From Octopus vulgaris (lineage: Eukaryota), in assembly GCA_951406725.2 (NCBI GenBank), contig OX597842.1, positions 16,864,001 to 16,928,000 of the forward strand: a stretch of DNA of 64,000 bases, given 5' to 3'. Positions 12,145 to 28,664 of the stretch are shown piece after piece; the first letter of the stretch is position 1; every line of letters begins with the position of its first letter. The translations under genes and the position numbers were made by a program. The notes under the pieces were generated by a model. It was not told the origin of the DNA. It did not search any database and saw only the letters and a program-made list of their open reading frames with translations.

Positions 12145-13603
12145 ATGTAAGTGCGTGTTTTTGTGTCTATCTTTGTCCCTCTAACATCGCTTGATAACCG
12201 ATGGTGGTGTGTTTACGTCCGCGTAACTTAGCGGTTCGGCAAAAAAGATACCGATGAAATAAGTACTAGGCTTACAAAGAATAAGTTCTGGGGTCCATTT
12301 GTTCGACTAAAGGCTGTGCTCCAGCATGGCCACAGTCACATGACTGAAACAAGTAAAAGAGTGGTGGAAGCACTCCGTCGGTTGTGACGACGAGGGTTCG
12401 AATCAACGGAACAGCCTGCTCGTGAAATTAACGTGTAAGTGGCTGAGCACTCCACAGACACGTGTACCCTTAAGGCAGTTCTCGGGGATATTCAGCGTGA
12501 CACAGAGAGTGACAAGGCCGGCCCTTTTGAAATACAGGTACAACAGAAACAGGAAGTAAGAGTGAGAGAAAGTTGTGGTGAAAGAGTACACCAGGGATCA
12601 CCACCATCCCCTGCCGGAGCCTCGTGGAGCTTTAGGTGTTTTCGCTCAATAAACACTCACAACGCCCGGTCTGGGAATCGAAACCGCGACACTCCGACCA
12701 CGAGTCCACTGCCCTAACCACTGGGCCATTGCGCCTCCTCTGCTGCAACTGTTGTTGTTGTTGTTTAACCACATGTCAACCTTGATTCAGCAGAGCCATG
12801 ATCAAAAGCGCTCCACCTATGACCATCCCATCAGATATTCATAATAGTGTATCCGGACTACATTAATGCATATTATAGTAGTTAGTTTTAGTGGCTATAG
12901 TTGTTGCTGTTTAGACCTAGGCCAATCCTAATCTAGCAGACATATGATCAAATATGTTCCAGCTGTGACCATTCCATTTTATTCAGAGATGGAATGGAAT
13001 GGAAGCACTCCGTCGGTTACGATGATGAGGGTTCCGGTTGATCCGAATCAACGGAACAGCCTGCTCGTGAAATTAACGTGTAAGTGGCTGAGCACTCCAC
13101 AGACACGTGTACCCTTAACGTAGTTCTCGGGGATATTCAGCGTGACACAGAGAGAGTGACAAGGCCAGCCCCTTGAAATACAGGTACAACAGAAACAGGA
13201 AGTAAGAGTGAGAGAAAGTTGTGGTGAAAGAGTACAGCAGGGATCACCACCATCCCCTGCCGGAGCCTCGTGGAGCTTCAGGTGTTTTCGCTCAATAAAC
13301 ACCCACAACACCCGGTCTGGGAATCGAAACCGCGATCCTATGACCGCGAGTCCGCTGCCCTAACCACTGGGCCATTGCGCCTCCACGAAATAAGTACTAG
13401 GCTTACAAAGAATAAGTTATGGGGTCCATTTGATCGACTAAAGGCCGTGCTCCAGTATGGCCACAGTCACATGACTGAAACAAGTAAAAGAGTAAAGAGA
13501 GTAGAGTGGTGCCCCAGCATGGCCGCGGCCTTCGGGCTAAAACATTTTAAAGGATTTTAAGGATTTTATGTCTCTCTATGTAACTTTTATCTTCTCTTTT
13601 CAG

Positions 13604-13720
13604 ATTCCAATGAATGCTTGAATAATCCGTGCCATTCTTCGGCAGTGTGTCACAACGTTCCGGGATCCTACGAGTGTGGCTGCAAACGTGGATACCGAAT
13701 GACTAATGGAAAATGTGTTG
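13604..13720 (+). CDS. cbEGF exon ([39 protein letters not shown])
   Basis: 117 nt, ttttcag/gtaagt, phase 1-1; not in the ORF track, translated by hand. Confidence 0.92.
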
Positions 13721-13985
13721 GTAAGTAAAATAGACACACCCATAAAAAAAAACTACAAAGACAAAAGAAAATAAACGAAAAACAAACAAATTTGTCCCCT
13801 CACCACTTATTTTTTTTTTACCTGCTATGGCTGTAGTTAAGACGTTCGTTTTACTCTCACATGGTTACGGGTTCAGTCCCACTGCATGCACGGTGATTTT
13901 GGTGAGTGTCTTCCATTATAACCCTGGGTCGACCTTTGCCTTGTTAGTGAATTTGGTAAACAGAAATTGTGGAAACTAGTCGTAA

Positions 13986-15996
<2,011 letters not shown>

Positions 15997-16000
15997 AAAA

Positions 16001-16232
16001 AGGCGGCGAGCTGGTAGAAACGTTAGCACGCCGGGCGAAATTCGTAGCCGTATTTCGTCTGTCGTTACGTTCCGAGTTCAAATTCCGCCGAGGTCGACTT
16101 TGCCTTTCATCCTTTCGGGGTCGATAAATTAAGTGCCAGTTACGCACTGGGGTCGATGTAGTCGACTTAATCTCTTTGTCTGTCCTTGTTTGTCCCCTCT
16201 GTGTTTAGCCCCTTGTGGGTAGTAAAGAAATA
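16001..16232 (+). mobile_element. SINE family B (GGCGGCGAGCTGGCAGAA head); other copies 19503-19790, 24017-24245, 27470-27706, 30500-31005, 36546-37870, 43368-43580, 51020-51605, 54115-54720, 55090-55662, 63265-63570
   Basis: Many dispersed copies; B-box-like GAGTTCAAATTCC; central GCCTTTCATCCTTTCGGGGTCGATAAA..AAGTACCAG block resembles the Meta/Sauria-type SINE core (from memory). Confidence 0.8.
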
Positions 16233-16747
16233 TATATACATACATACATATATACATACATACATATATACATACATACATACATACATACATACATGCA
16301 TACATACATACATACATACATACATACATACATACATACATACATACATACATACATACATACATACATACATACATACATACATGCATGCATACATACA
16401 TACATACATATACACATACATACATGCATACATATATACATACATACATGCATACATATATACATATATACATATACCACCTATTGTTCTCCTACATTTT
16501 CTTATCTGCGATATATATATATATTTATATATATATACACGACAGACTTCTTTCAGGTTAGTTCACCAATCCCACTCATAAGGGATTGGTCGACCCAAGG
16601 TTATAGTAGAAAATACTTGTCTAAGTTTGGTTCCAAGCTGCGGAACTGAACCTGGAAACGTATGGTTGGGATGTAAACTGCTTTCCACACGACCATACCT
16701 GTGTATACCTCCTGTTATTTGCTTTATTTTTGTGGGGTATTGAGAGA

Positions 16748-16785
16748 ATGATGATGAGGATGGTGATGGTGATGATGGTAATAGC

Positions 16786-16829
<44 letters not shown>

Positions 16830-16946
16830 CGATGATGATGATGATGATGACGATGATGATGATGATGATGATGATAGTGATGATGATGATGATGATGATG
16901 GTGACGATGATGATGATGATGACGATGATGATGATGATGGTGGTGG

Positions 16947-16978
<32 letters not shown>

Positions 16979-17027
16979 GTGGTGAAGATGATGGTTATGA
17001 TGATGATGATGATGATGAGGATGATGA

Positions 17028-17059
<32 letters not shown>

Positions 17060-17061
17060 AA

Positions 17062-17142
<81 letters not shown>

Positions 17143-17225
17143 GGCTATGATGATGATGATGATGACGACGACGACGATGATGATGATGATGATGATGATG
17201 ATAATGATGATGACGATGATGATGG

Positions 17226-17256
<31 letters not shown>

Positions 17257-17262
17257 GATAAC
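16748..17262. repeat. (GAT)n trinucleotide repeat, ~510 bp, intronic
   Basis: Direct reading. Confidence 0.95.
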
Positions 17263-17355
17263 GATGGGTAGATGGCAAGCCGGGGGCTCAAATAAATAAT
17301 TTAATCTCTCCTCTAAATACACTGATTTCGATTTTGTATCAATCTTTTTGTTCAG

Positions 17356-17472
17356 ATATCGACGAGTGTTTGATGCGACCCTGTATCCCCTTCGGCACTT
17401 GTCAGAATACTCAAGGATCCTACAAGTGTATTTGCAAAACTGGATACGAAAGAATTAGGGGAAGATGTATTG
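17356..17472 (+). CDS. cbEGF exon (DIDECLMRPCIPFGTCQNTQGSYKCICKTGYERIRGRCI)
   Basis: 117 nt, ttgttcag/gtaagt, phase 1-1, cbEGF consensus; translated by hand. Confidence 0.92.
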
Positions 17473-17830
17473 GTAAGTTAGGTTTCACAAATAACTTTTA
17501 GTTCTGGCAATTAAGTCAAGTTTTTCTTATTAAAATTTATAGTTTAAAACGTAAGTCGACTTATACAAATTACTAGAATGTGCATTGTCCGTTTGATTGG
17601 AAAATTCTATAAGTGACTGAAGATTGCTCGACATTTTAAAACTGATGTAATACTTACAGTGTTTAATAAAATGAAGTAGCATGAAACAATTGTACTACTC
17701 TACCTTGGATATACTTATTGCTTATTTTGATTATAATCACCCCATTTGATTTATATGGATAATACCATACAACATTCTGGTGCTTTTGACTTAAGTACCA
17801 TATTCATCTGAATCTAAATTTTGCTGAACT

Positions 17831-17915
<85 letters not shown>

Positions 17916-18313
17916 GTTGTAGTAGTAACAGAAAAGAGGAATTTCGGTTGTCCCTACGTGGTGGATTGTAATGTATATAAGAAATTAAAAAAAGGAAAAT
18001 ACGCACACTTACTTGGTTATAATATAATTTTTAATGTATCGACCGGTTTCGCAATCGCTATTCATGATATAATGTTTAATTTATATGAATATATAATTTT
18101 TCTTAAGAAGAAATTTGGTCCATGTTGTTTGTAATGAAATTCACGAGTGAATGATTTTACAAGTTGACAAGTAAAGGGAGGTAATTGGTTGTTATTATTG
18201 TTATTGTTGTGTGTAAGGGAGAAAGCTGTTTAGGTTTTGGGTGGGGAATAAATATGTGTACAGAAAGGAGACAGGTTTAAAAAAGGGGGACCTTGTTTAG
18301 TAGGGAATTTATG

Positions 18314-18362
<49 letters not shown>

Positions 18363-18481
18363 TAAAAGAAATTCCAACTTTGTCTGATTTTCACGTTTTA
18401 TTTACAATCTTATGATGATATGATATAATATAATATAATAAAATAAAATAAAATAATAGAATGTTAAATGTTCATTCTGAT

Positions 18482-18526
18482 TGAACTAGTACTTTCATGC
18501 ATTAAATTCTGCAATCTTCAGGTTCA
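18482..18526 (-). ncRNA. Minimal type I hammerhead ribozyme motif
   Basis: Minus strand: TGAAC-CTGAAGA-TTGCA..TGCAT-GAAA-GTAC-TA-GTTCA; 5-bp stem I, palindromic stem III, CUA triplet; U-U at the base of stem II. Confidence 0.65.
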
Positions 18527-18609
18527 TGTAGTAGTGGTGACAGTCATGCTTCACAATTTTTGACTGTAGCGAGATGATTAAATCTGTACCTTAATTACAG
18601 ATGTGTAGG

Positions 18610-18649
<40 letters not shown>

Positions 18650-18880
18650 TCGGGGTGAGTACTTGATAATTGTAAGCACCTGTATATACCGTTTGGTGGT
18701 GTAGGTGGTGGAGTAAATTAATCAAAATAAAAACATGATGCCAAGGATTCAGCGGTACATATGTTTCGGGCCGCTTCATTTTTATGCTGTTGCCGCATTA
18801 TGTCGTACGCGAATGAGAGGATTTGCATCCCCAACCAAGAATTTTTGATGTAATACATGTCCTTGTGGAAGTTGTTGTGC

Positions 18881-18958
18881 GCGGCTGAAGAAGGCCACAG
18901 ACATACATTATGCATTGTTATAAATCCGTCTAATAAAGGCCCGAAACATATGTACCGC
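18881..18958 (+). ncRNA. Minimal type I hammerhead ribozyme motif within a fold-back element (arms 18714-18772 / 18938-18996)
   Basis: GCGG-CTGAAGA-AGGCC-(41 nt)-GGCCC-GAAA-CATAT-GTA-CCGC; palindromic stem III ACATATGT. Confidence 0.72.
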
Positions 18959-18991
18959 TGAATCCTTGGCATCATGTTTTTATTTTGATTA

Positions 18992-19500
<509 letters not shown>

Positions 19501-20032
19501 TAAGGCGGTGACCTGGCAGAAACGTTAGCACTCCGGGCGAAATGCTTAGCGGTATTTCGTCTGCCGTTACGTTCTGAGTTCAAATTCCGCCGAGGTCGAC
19601 TTTGCCCTTCGTCCTTTCGGGGTCGATAAATTAAGTACCAGTTACACACTGGGGTCGATGTAATCGACTTAACCCCTTTGTCTGTCCTTGTTTGCCCCCT
19701 TGTGGGTAGTATAGAAATAGGTATTTTCTCTGTCTTTACTTTCTGAGTTCAAATTCCGCAGAAGTCGACTTTGTCTTTCATCCTTTCGGGCTCAGCGGTT
19801 GCGTAGAAAGTCGGGGGACAAAAAACAGGAAGAAAGAGTGAGAGAAAGGTGAAGCGAAAGAGTACAACAGGGGTCGCCACCACCCCCTGCCGGAGCCTCG
19901 TGGAGCTTTAGGTGTTTCCGCTCAATAAACACACACAACGCCCGGTCTGGGAATCGAAACCGCGATCCTCCGACCGCGAGTCCGCTGCCCTAACCATATA
20001 TTTCTTTCTGATTCATTTGTTTCAATTTCCAG

Positions 20033-20149
20033 ATATCAACGAATGCAAAACGAATCTCTGTGCTCCCACTGGTCGATGTCTCAACACTCAAGGATCCTAC
20101 ATTTGTATATGCGACCGAGGATACCACAGGGAAAACAACAAATGTGTTG
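20033..20149 (+). CDS. cbEGF exon (DINECKTNLCAPTGRCLNTQGSYICICDRGYHRENNKCV)
   Basis: 117 nt, tttccag/gtaagt, phase 1-1. Confidence 0.92.
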
Positions 20150-20337
20150 GTAAGTCTCTCTCTCTCTCTCTCACATACACACACACACGAACTCATAAAC
20201 ACATCCACGCAAACACGTGTGTGTGTGAGTGTACCTTTGCGCCTGCAGGAGTGTAACTAAACAAACATTCCTGTTTTGTTCTGCCTTCTCTTTTTCTCCA
20301 TCCCCTCCTTCTCCCCCTCTCTAGACACCAATATCTA

Positions 20338-20395
<58 letters not shown>

Positions 20396-20511
20396 AATTA
20401 TTTGAGGGAATATAAATCTAAACTTACAGGGAAAAAAATTTAATTTAGAAATACTAAATCAAATTACACAATATAATATATATATATTTATATATCTATA
20501 CAATAATATGT

Positions 20512-20577
<66 letters not shown>

Positions 20578-20720
20578 GAAAAAAACCCACCTTTTATCAA
20601 TTCAAAATGAACAATTAAATTACACCATCTAGAAGATTACATATAATAGAAATATTAAAATTAAAATAACAATAAAATATCAATGATAAAGTAAATTGCG
20701 AAAAAAAAACGGATATAATT

Positions 20721-20785
<65 letters not shown>

Positions 20786-21027
20786 TGAAATGGATAAATG
20801 AATTATCTTGTTACGGATTATTCAAAATTATAACCGATACCTGGGTAGCAAAAATCACAACAGAAAAATCACGGTTGAGATTACGACCATGGGGTATCGC
20901 AACCGTGCCTCAGTGCGGATAATTGAAGTTTTATATATTTAGTGAGGGAAGAAATGGAGCTGAACGAAGATTTTACAAAATTCCTTTTTATTATTTCTAC
21001 ATATGTTTCAAAGGCTGCATATATATA

Positions 21028-21076
<49 letters not shown>

Positions 21077-21382
21077 AACAACAAATTGACTATTGGAACG
21101 GGAATGTCGTGCGTTAGTACTTATCAAATTGGGTCTTTGAGCCACTCTGTTGCGTTTACAAAATATTTATAAAGGGATATATAGAAATACCCTTTTATTC
21201 TTTTAATTGTTTCAGTCATTTGACAGCGGAAAATGTTGGAGCACCGCCTTTAGTTGTGTAAATCGACCCCAGGACTTATTCTTTGTAAGGCTAGTACTTA
21301 TTCTATCGTCCCTTTTTGCCGAACCGCTAAGTTACGGGGACTTTAACACACCGGCATCGGTTGTCAAGCGCTGGTGGAGGGA

Positions 21383-21435
<53 letters not shown>

Positions 21436-21804
21436 ACTCAGATTTTACTTTCCTCGTAAGTTGAATTTAACGTTAGCGTCGTATAAAGAAGCCCGTCGTA
21501 TATATGCGTGTGTGTGTGTGTGTTTGTCCCCCCAACATCGCTTGACAACCGATGCTGGTGTGTTTACGTCCCTGTTACTTAGCGGTTCGGCAAAAGAGAC
21601 CAATAGAATAAGTACTAGGCTTACAAAGAATAAGTCTTGGGGTCGATTTGCTCGACTAAAGGCGGTGCTCCAGCATGGCCGCAGTCAAATGACTGAAACA
21701 AGTAAAAGAGTACTTACACACTCATACATACTTGTGTATATATGTGTATGTGTGTGCATATATATTACACTCTTATATAAGCAACATTTTTTTTCAATTT
21801 TCAG

Positions 21805-21933
21805 ACACCAACGAATGCTCATGGAACCCTTCCCCGTGTCCGTCCAATGTCTCTTGTCATAACACCCCAGGATCCTACAACTGTGACTGTCTATCCGGAT
21901 ACAAAGTGGATGGGACAACAAAGAAGTGTGTTG
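21805..21933 (+). CDS. cbEGF exon (DTNECSWNPSPCPSNVSCHNTPGSYNCDCLSGYKVDGTTKKCV)
   Basis: 129 nt, ttttcag/gtaagt, phase 1-1. Confidence 0.92.
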
Positions 21934-21944
21934 GTAAGTAGAAT

Positions 21945-22845
21945 ATTTGGATCTTTTCTGTTTGAACGGCAGTTTTTAACATAATTTCTAGGTAACTAAA
22001 AAATTTTAAACTTCCTATACTGGTAGAATGTGTTTATAAAACATCTTTTTCTCTTGGTTTTATTGAGAAAATTCTATAGTTTGTAAGATATTTGTTGTTT
22101 TTTCCTCAATTTCTGCAATTTCAACCAATCAATGACGTCTATTGAGTTGAAAACATTCTGTGCCTTATGAATATGTCCCTCGTTTAAGAAACCGATTGGG
22201 TTTATTTACATTTCTGAAGAAAAAAAGGTTCTTTTCGGTTTGAATGGCAGTTTCTAGGTAACATAATTTCTAGGTAACTAAAAAATTTTAAACTTCGTAT
22301 ACTGGTAGAATGTGTTTATAAAACATCTTTTTTTCTTGGCTTTATTGAGAAAATTCTATAGGTTGTAAGATATTTGTTGTTTTTTTTCTTCAAATTCTGC
22401 AATTTCAATCAATCAATGACGTCTATTGAGGTAAAAAACATTCTGTGTCGTGTGAATATGTCCCTCGTTTAAGAAACAGATTGGGCATATTTACATTTGT
22501 GAAGAAAAAAAGATACCCTTCACCTCACCTCTAACCCTATCCCTAAAAGAGATTGAAATGCAATAGATCGATTCTAGGGTCATAATACAGTAACTAGTAT
22601 TAGTAGCTGTACTGTTATTCTGTAGCTCCAGGTTAGTCCTTGTTCAACAGAGCTATGATCAAAGATGTTCCAGCCGTGCCCATCCCATCTTTTATTCAAG
22701 GGCTGTCAAATATTCGGATCTTTTCGGTCTGAACGGCAGTTTTTTCTAGCGGTGTCATATGAAATTGTCAACCATAATCATGACCCTAGAATCGATCTAT
22801 TGCATCTCAATCTATTTTAGGGTTAGGGTTAGTTAGGGTTAGCAG
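21945..22845. mobile_element. MITE-like element pieces with internal TTAGGG repeats; 278-bp tandem duplication plus an inverted partial copy
   Basis: CTTTTCGGTTTGAACGGCAGTTT-like end motif at ~21953, ~22231, ~22720; 22530-22586 inverted against 22775-22842. Confidence 0.55.
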
Positions 22846-23009
22846 ACGAAATACGGCTACGCCTTAATGTAATCTATTTATCCTCGATGTTATCTATTTA
22901 TCCTCGATGTTATCTATTTATCCTCTCCTTCGAAATTGCAGGCCTTGTGCAAAAAAATTCGAAACCAGTAACATCGTTATTATTTGTCATGCATTTATTT
23001 ATTTAACAG

Positions 23010-23126
23010 ATATCGACGAATGTCAGAATAAAGGAATATGTAACCAAACATGTACCAATACACCCGGATCCTACGTTTGCTCATGCGCAGATGGTTATCA
23101 AATATTTATGAATCGTTACTGCGTGG
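23010..23126 (+). CDS. cbEGF exon ([39 protein letters not shown])
   Basis: 117 nt, tttaacag/gtaagt, phase 1-1. Confidence 0.92.
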
Positions 23127-23572
23127 GTAAGTTAATCATATTATAAGATTGCCTCATTCGTACACACAGGCACACATGCGTGTAGATTTTACTATTGAAC
23201 GTACTATTACAAGATATCACCGTGATCACCGTGACCGACCAGGCTATCAGATATTGCTACACATCGCTGGTCACAATGCGCTTTGCGTTGTTTTAGTCTT
23301 CAAGTGACGCCACCCCGCTGGCTAAGTGAGCAGGCCAACAGAAGAAAGAGTGAGAGAAAGTTGTGGCGAAAGTGTACAGCAGCGATCGCCACAACCCCCT
23401 GCCGGAGCCTCGTGGAGCTTTTTAGGTGTTTTCGCTCAATAAATACTCACAACACCCGGTCTGGGAATCGAAACCGCAATCCTCCGACCGCGAGTCCGCT
23501 GCCCTAACCACTGAGCCATGGCGCCTCCACATACGCACGCACACACACACACACACACACATACATACATAA

Positions 23573-23657
<85 letters not shown>

Positions 23658-23879
23658 GGGATTCTTTGAGTTTGCCCAACGTGCCACGCAGTGGGATTAA
23701 ACCTGGTACCTTTTGTTTGGGAATTAAACTTCATATCACACAACTCAATAAACACTCACAACTCCCGGTTTGAGAATCGAAACCGCGATCCTACAACCGC
23801 GAGTCCGCTGCCCTAACCACTGGGCCATTGCGCCTCCACCTATTACAAGATATAAAAATCATAATCCTGGTGTTTGCTC

Positions 23880-23921
<42 letters not shown>

Positions 23922-24426
23922 CCCACACAAATAAACGACAGACTTCTTTTAGTTTCTGTCTACCAAATTCACTCACAAAGTTTTAGTTGTCTTGAGGCTA
24001 TAACAGAAGACACTTAAGGCGGCGAGCTGGCAGAAACGTTAGCACGCCGGACGAAATGCTTAGCGGTAATTTCGTCTGTCGTTACGTTCTGAGTTCAAAT
24101 TCTGCCGAGGTCGACTTTGCCTTTTATTCTTTCGGGGTCGAAAAATAAAGTACCAGTTTCGCACTGGGGTCAATGTAAGCTATTTTATCCCTTTGTCTGT
24201 CCTTGTTCGTCCCCTCTATGTTTAGCCCCTTGTGGGCAGTAAAAAATATATAATAGAAGATACTTGCCCAAGGTGTTACGCAGTGGGACTGAACCCGGTA
24301 CCCTGTGGTTGGGAAGCAAGCTACTTATCGCACAATCACGTCTGCGTCTAATTATGTATATTTTCGTCATTTTTAGAAATTTTTACTTACTTTTCTTGTT
24401 TATTTTTTTTCTCTCCTTATTTTCAG

Positions 24427-24647
24427 ATATCGATGAATGTAGATGCCAGAATGGTGGATGTCCCTTTCCTCTCATGTGTATCAACACACCAGGGTCCAAC
24501 TACTGCGATTGCCCTTACGGGTTTACCTCTAGAAATGATAAGTGTTACCTAATACCAGGCGTGAAGCTGAACTACACTATACCAGGGAATAAAACGGTTA
24601 TACCGAAAGTGAAACTGCCAGTACTTAAGCCATCTGGAAGTAGCTGA
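24427..24647 (+). CDS. Probable terminal coding exon: cbEGF with 7 Cys plus basic/Pro-rich tail and TGA stop
   Basis: Acceptor attttcag; DIDECRCQNGGCPFPLMCINTPGSNYCDCPYGFTSRNDKCYLIPGVKLNYTIPGNKTVIPKVKLPVLKPSGSS*; no strong donor before the stop; AATAAA downstream. Confidence 0.8.
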
Positions 24648-24789
24648 AACCGGTAGGCTAGAAGGTCTTAGATGGAACGCTTACCATTTCTATTTTTCCT
24701 TCATTCTGCTCAATCGAGGCCAACATGAGAATTAAACAATATCTACAATAACAGCAACAACTACAGCTGCTATTACTATTATATTACAC

Positions 24790-24845
24790 AATAAATAATG
24801 TAATCCTAGATACACATAGCCTAACCCTCAGCGCCTTTAAATAAA
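24790..24845 (+). terminator. Two candidate polyadenylation signals (AATAAA at 24790 and 24840)
   Basis: Canonical hexamers 140-200 nt after the stop; AT-rich context makes chance matches possible. Confidence 0.45.
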
Positions 24846-24854
24846 ATCTATAAG

Positions 24855-24930
<76 letters not shown>

Positions 24931-24996
24931 ACGTGTGTACCGTTGGCGATTTTGTTTCCTCCGTCTTCCCTTCCTTGGATCTTTCCTTTTCCTACG

Positions 24997-25029
24997 TTTC
25001 TGACGAAGAGCTCCACTCGAAACGTAAAA
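24997..25029 (+). ncRNA. Ultra-minimal hammerhead-like motif in a (TA)n-flanked element (24930-25135); related degenerate minus-strand copies at 38685-38720 and 58154-58189
   Basis: TTT-CTGACGA-A-GAG-ctcca-CTC-GAAA-C-GTA-AAA; stems only 3 bp. Confidence 0.45.
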
Positions 25030-25128
25030 TTCTCCTTCTTTCTTTCCTTTCCTGAGCGTCCAATGACACTATATTTGTTCCACGTCCTCGCGTTGTTGTG
25101 TTTTCTCTTTGTGTTTTCATGTTTGGAT

Positions 25129-25191
<63 letters not shown>

Positions 25192-25398
25192 GAAATATTA
25201 AAATTACTAAGTCTCTATAAAAGAGATTACGGCAGCGTTTTACTGGAAATTAATTGTTATCGCCATATTAATATGGCATTCTTATAGATATAAGAATAAT
25301 CGCTGCCGCTGGTCAGCTCCATGAGGCCACCGCCTTAAGATAGCTATTGATACACGATCTGTATCCATTATAACCTTCGAACAAGGGAGGTCAGCCGC

Positions 25399-25474
<76 letters not shown>

Positions 25475-25518
25475 AGAAAGTTGGTGTGTGAAAGCACGTT
25501 GTTGGATGTATAAGAAAT

Positions 25519-25880
25519 AGAAAAGAATAAAAAAACTACAGAAGGCTTGTTTTATAAGGTTAAAGAATATATTGAAGTCGTTATTGTTAGAAAAATGTCA
25601 TAAACTTTTGCTTATAGTAACATAGTTTTGGGAGAAATAACCGGTCTCGTGTAAACTTTTCAAATTTCTCAAATGTCTTTACCGACATCGTGTCATATCT
25701 TCGTTATGAAGTGCAAGGAAGAGTTCCCGGCAGGAGGAGGTAATAAAAGATTTCTTCCAGTATAAGGGAGATAATCGCTTTCCTATGCACAAAATTTTAT
25801 AACATTTTTCTAACATAACGACTTAAATATATTCTTTAACCTTATAAAACAAGCCTTCTGTAGTTTTTTCATTCTTTTCT
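25519..25880. repeat. Fold-back element, ~90-bp inverted arms, TA-flanked
   Basis: 25519-25610 is the reverse complement of 25790-25880 with a few mismatches. Confidence 0.85.
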
Positions 25881-25884
25881 TTTA

Positions 25885-25945
<61 letters not shown>

Positions 25946-26201
25946 AATAACAAATGGTAAAATGAATTAATTAAGAAGTAATCAATATTTTCACCAAGTA
26001 AAATTAGGCATGGAAAAAGGACCATTTCATGGTAAACTCAAGATTTGCTTTACCACATACCGAAGTTTAGAAATAGCAGCCAAAAAAACGTTAGCTATTT
26101 CTTCTACTTTAAAAAGGGACTCCCAGAAAAACCAAAATACTTGAAAACAATCCACGCAGGCAGAGAGGAAGAAGTAACGAAAATCAATCAATATCTGGTC
26201 A

Positions 26202-26284
26202 CCTATGGACGCGCGTTTCGGAATTAGATCAGTATAAAGAATATAGAGTTATACTTTACCAACCGTTTTCCTCTTCAGCATAGG
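26202..26284 (-). ncRNA. Canonical-core type I hammerhead ribozyme in the loop of a fold-back element (arms 26040-26168 / 26354-26482)
   Basis: Minus strand: CCTATG-CTGAAGA-GGAA-(44 nt)-TTCC-GAAA-CGCGC-GTC-CATAGG; 6-bp stem I, all core bases present, palindromic stem III. Confidence 0.85.
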
Positions 26285-26736
26285 ACCCCATCAATAATTA
26301 AATATTGAAATATTAAATTCGAAGGTACTGGAATAATTGAACATATCTCCCCACCTCTCTGCCTGTGTGGATTGTTTTCAAGTATTTTGGTTTCTCTGGG
26401 AGTCCCTTTTTTAAAGTAGAAGAAATAGCTAACGTTTTTTGGCTGCTATTTCTAAACTTCGGTATGTGGTAAAGCAAATCTTTGCTGAACCCTAATTATT
26501 AAGTATATATATATATAGAACATAGAAAATAATCAGCGACCAATTTTAAGATATTTATGTGAGGACACCATTCTATGTTACTTCCTGAGCAAGTCATCTC
26601 GTATGACTTTCTAAGTAACCATCATATGACCATACTATTTACGTATTACATAACCGCCATACAAGATCCTTCCCTCTCTCTCTCTCTCTTCCTTTCTATC
26701 TATTTATTTGTCTATCTGTCTGACAGTCTGCCTCTC

Positions 26737-26768
<32 letters not shown>

Positions 26769-27016
26769 TGTATATCTGTCTGTATGTGTGTCTGTCTCTC
26801 TGTCTAGCAATCACTCAAGGTCACGTGATTACAATCCCATCACCCCACAGTCATTCACGGACTTCATCATTGTTGTATATTTTTTAGTGTCTTTTATTTG
26901 ATTAGTTTTATTAAATAAATAAATAAATAAATGATAATTTAATAAAAAATATCGTGTTTATTCGTTTTTCTGTGTAGTAACAGTAATGTGTGATCTCTAG
27001 ATTAAAATTCTGTCTG

Positions 27017-27112
<96 letters not shown>

Positions 27113-27131
27113 CACACACATATATATATAT

Positions 27132-27180
<49 letters not shown>

Positions 27181-27247
27181 TACATATATATACATATATA
27201 TATATACATATATATACATATATATATATACATATATATACATATAT

Positions 27248-27333
<86 letters not shown>

Positions 27334-27370
27334 CACACACACACACACACACATATATATACATATACAT

Positions 27371-27465
<95 letters not shown>

Positions 27466-28109
27466 TGAATCCCTATTTCTTTACTACCCACAAGGGGCTA
27501 AACACAGAGGGGACAAACAAGGACAGACAAACTGATTAAGTCGATTACATCGACCCCAGTGCGTAACTGGTACTTATTTAATCGATCCCGAAAGGATGAA
27601 AGGCAAAGTCGACCTCAGCAGAATTTGAACTCAGAACGTAACGGCAGACGAAATACCACTAAGCATTTTGCCTGGCGTGCTAACGATTCTGCCAGCTCGC
27701 CGCCTTACCACACGATTTTTACCACACAGCCACTCCTGCACCTAGACACACACACACACAAGTAAATGGCCTGTTGATTTTTTTATGGCCGGAATAAATG
27801 TTGGTAAAACAACATTGAAATATAAGAAACATTTAAATAGAGCAAAATACGTTTAATTTTTAAATCTCTTTTTCGTTCTGTGTACATTTTTATATACAAC
27901 AAATCACAGATAGGAAATTCTGGCAGTCAGTGTCTGTGCGTAGAATGATTTTGTGAATTTCTTATTTTCATAACTTGGACGCTTATGGGGTTCCTCTTGA
28001 TGTGATGAGTTGACCTGACAAGCAAAACTCCTTACGGCTGATAGTGACCAACGTATAACTGAACACATGTGAACACTTCAGCGGGGCGAGAAATTGAGGG
28101 AAAACATTA

Positions 28110-28620
<511 letters not shown>

Positions 28621-28664
28621 CAGACAGTTACAGAAATGTATAGACAGACAGACAAACAAATTGA

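Noticed and set aside
16621-17322. Poly-His / poly-Met / poly-Ile ORFs
   Set aside because: (GAT)n repeat inside an intron; no supporting splice or domain context
25630-25710. Possible hammerhead in the loop of the 25519-25880 fold-back (also GACCGGTTTCG at ~18041)
   Set aside because: Only a half-motif remains; no CUGANGA core or stem I can be built
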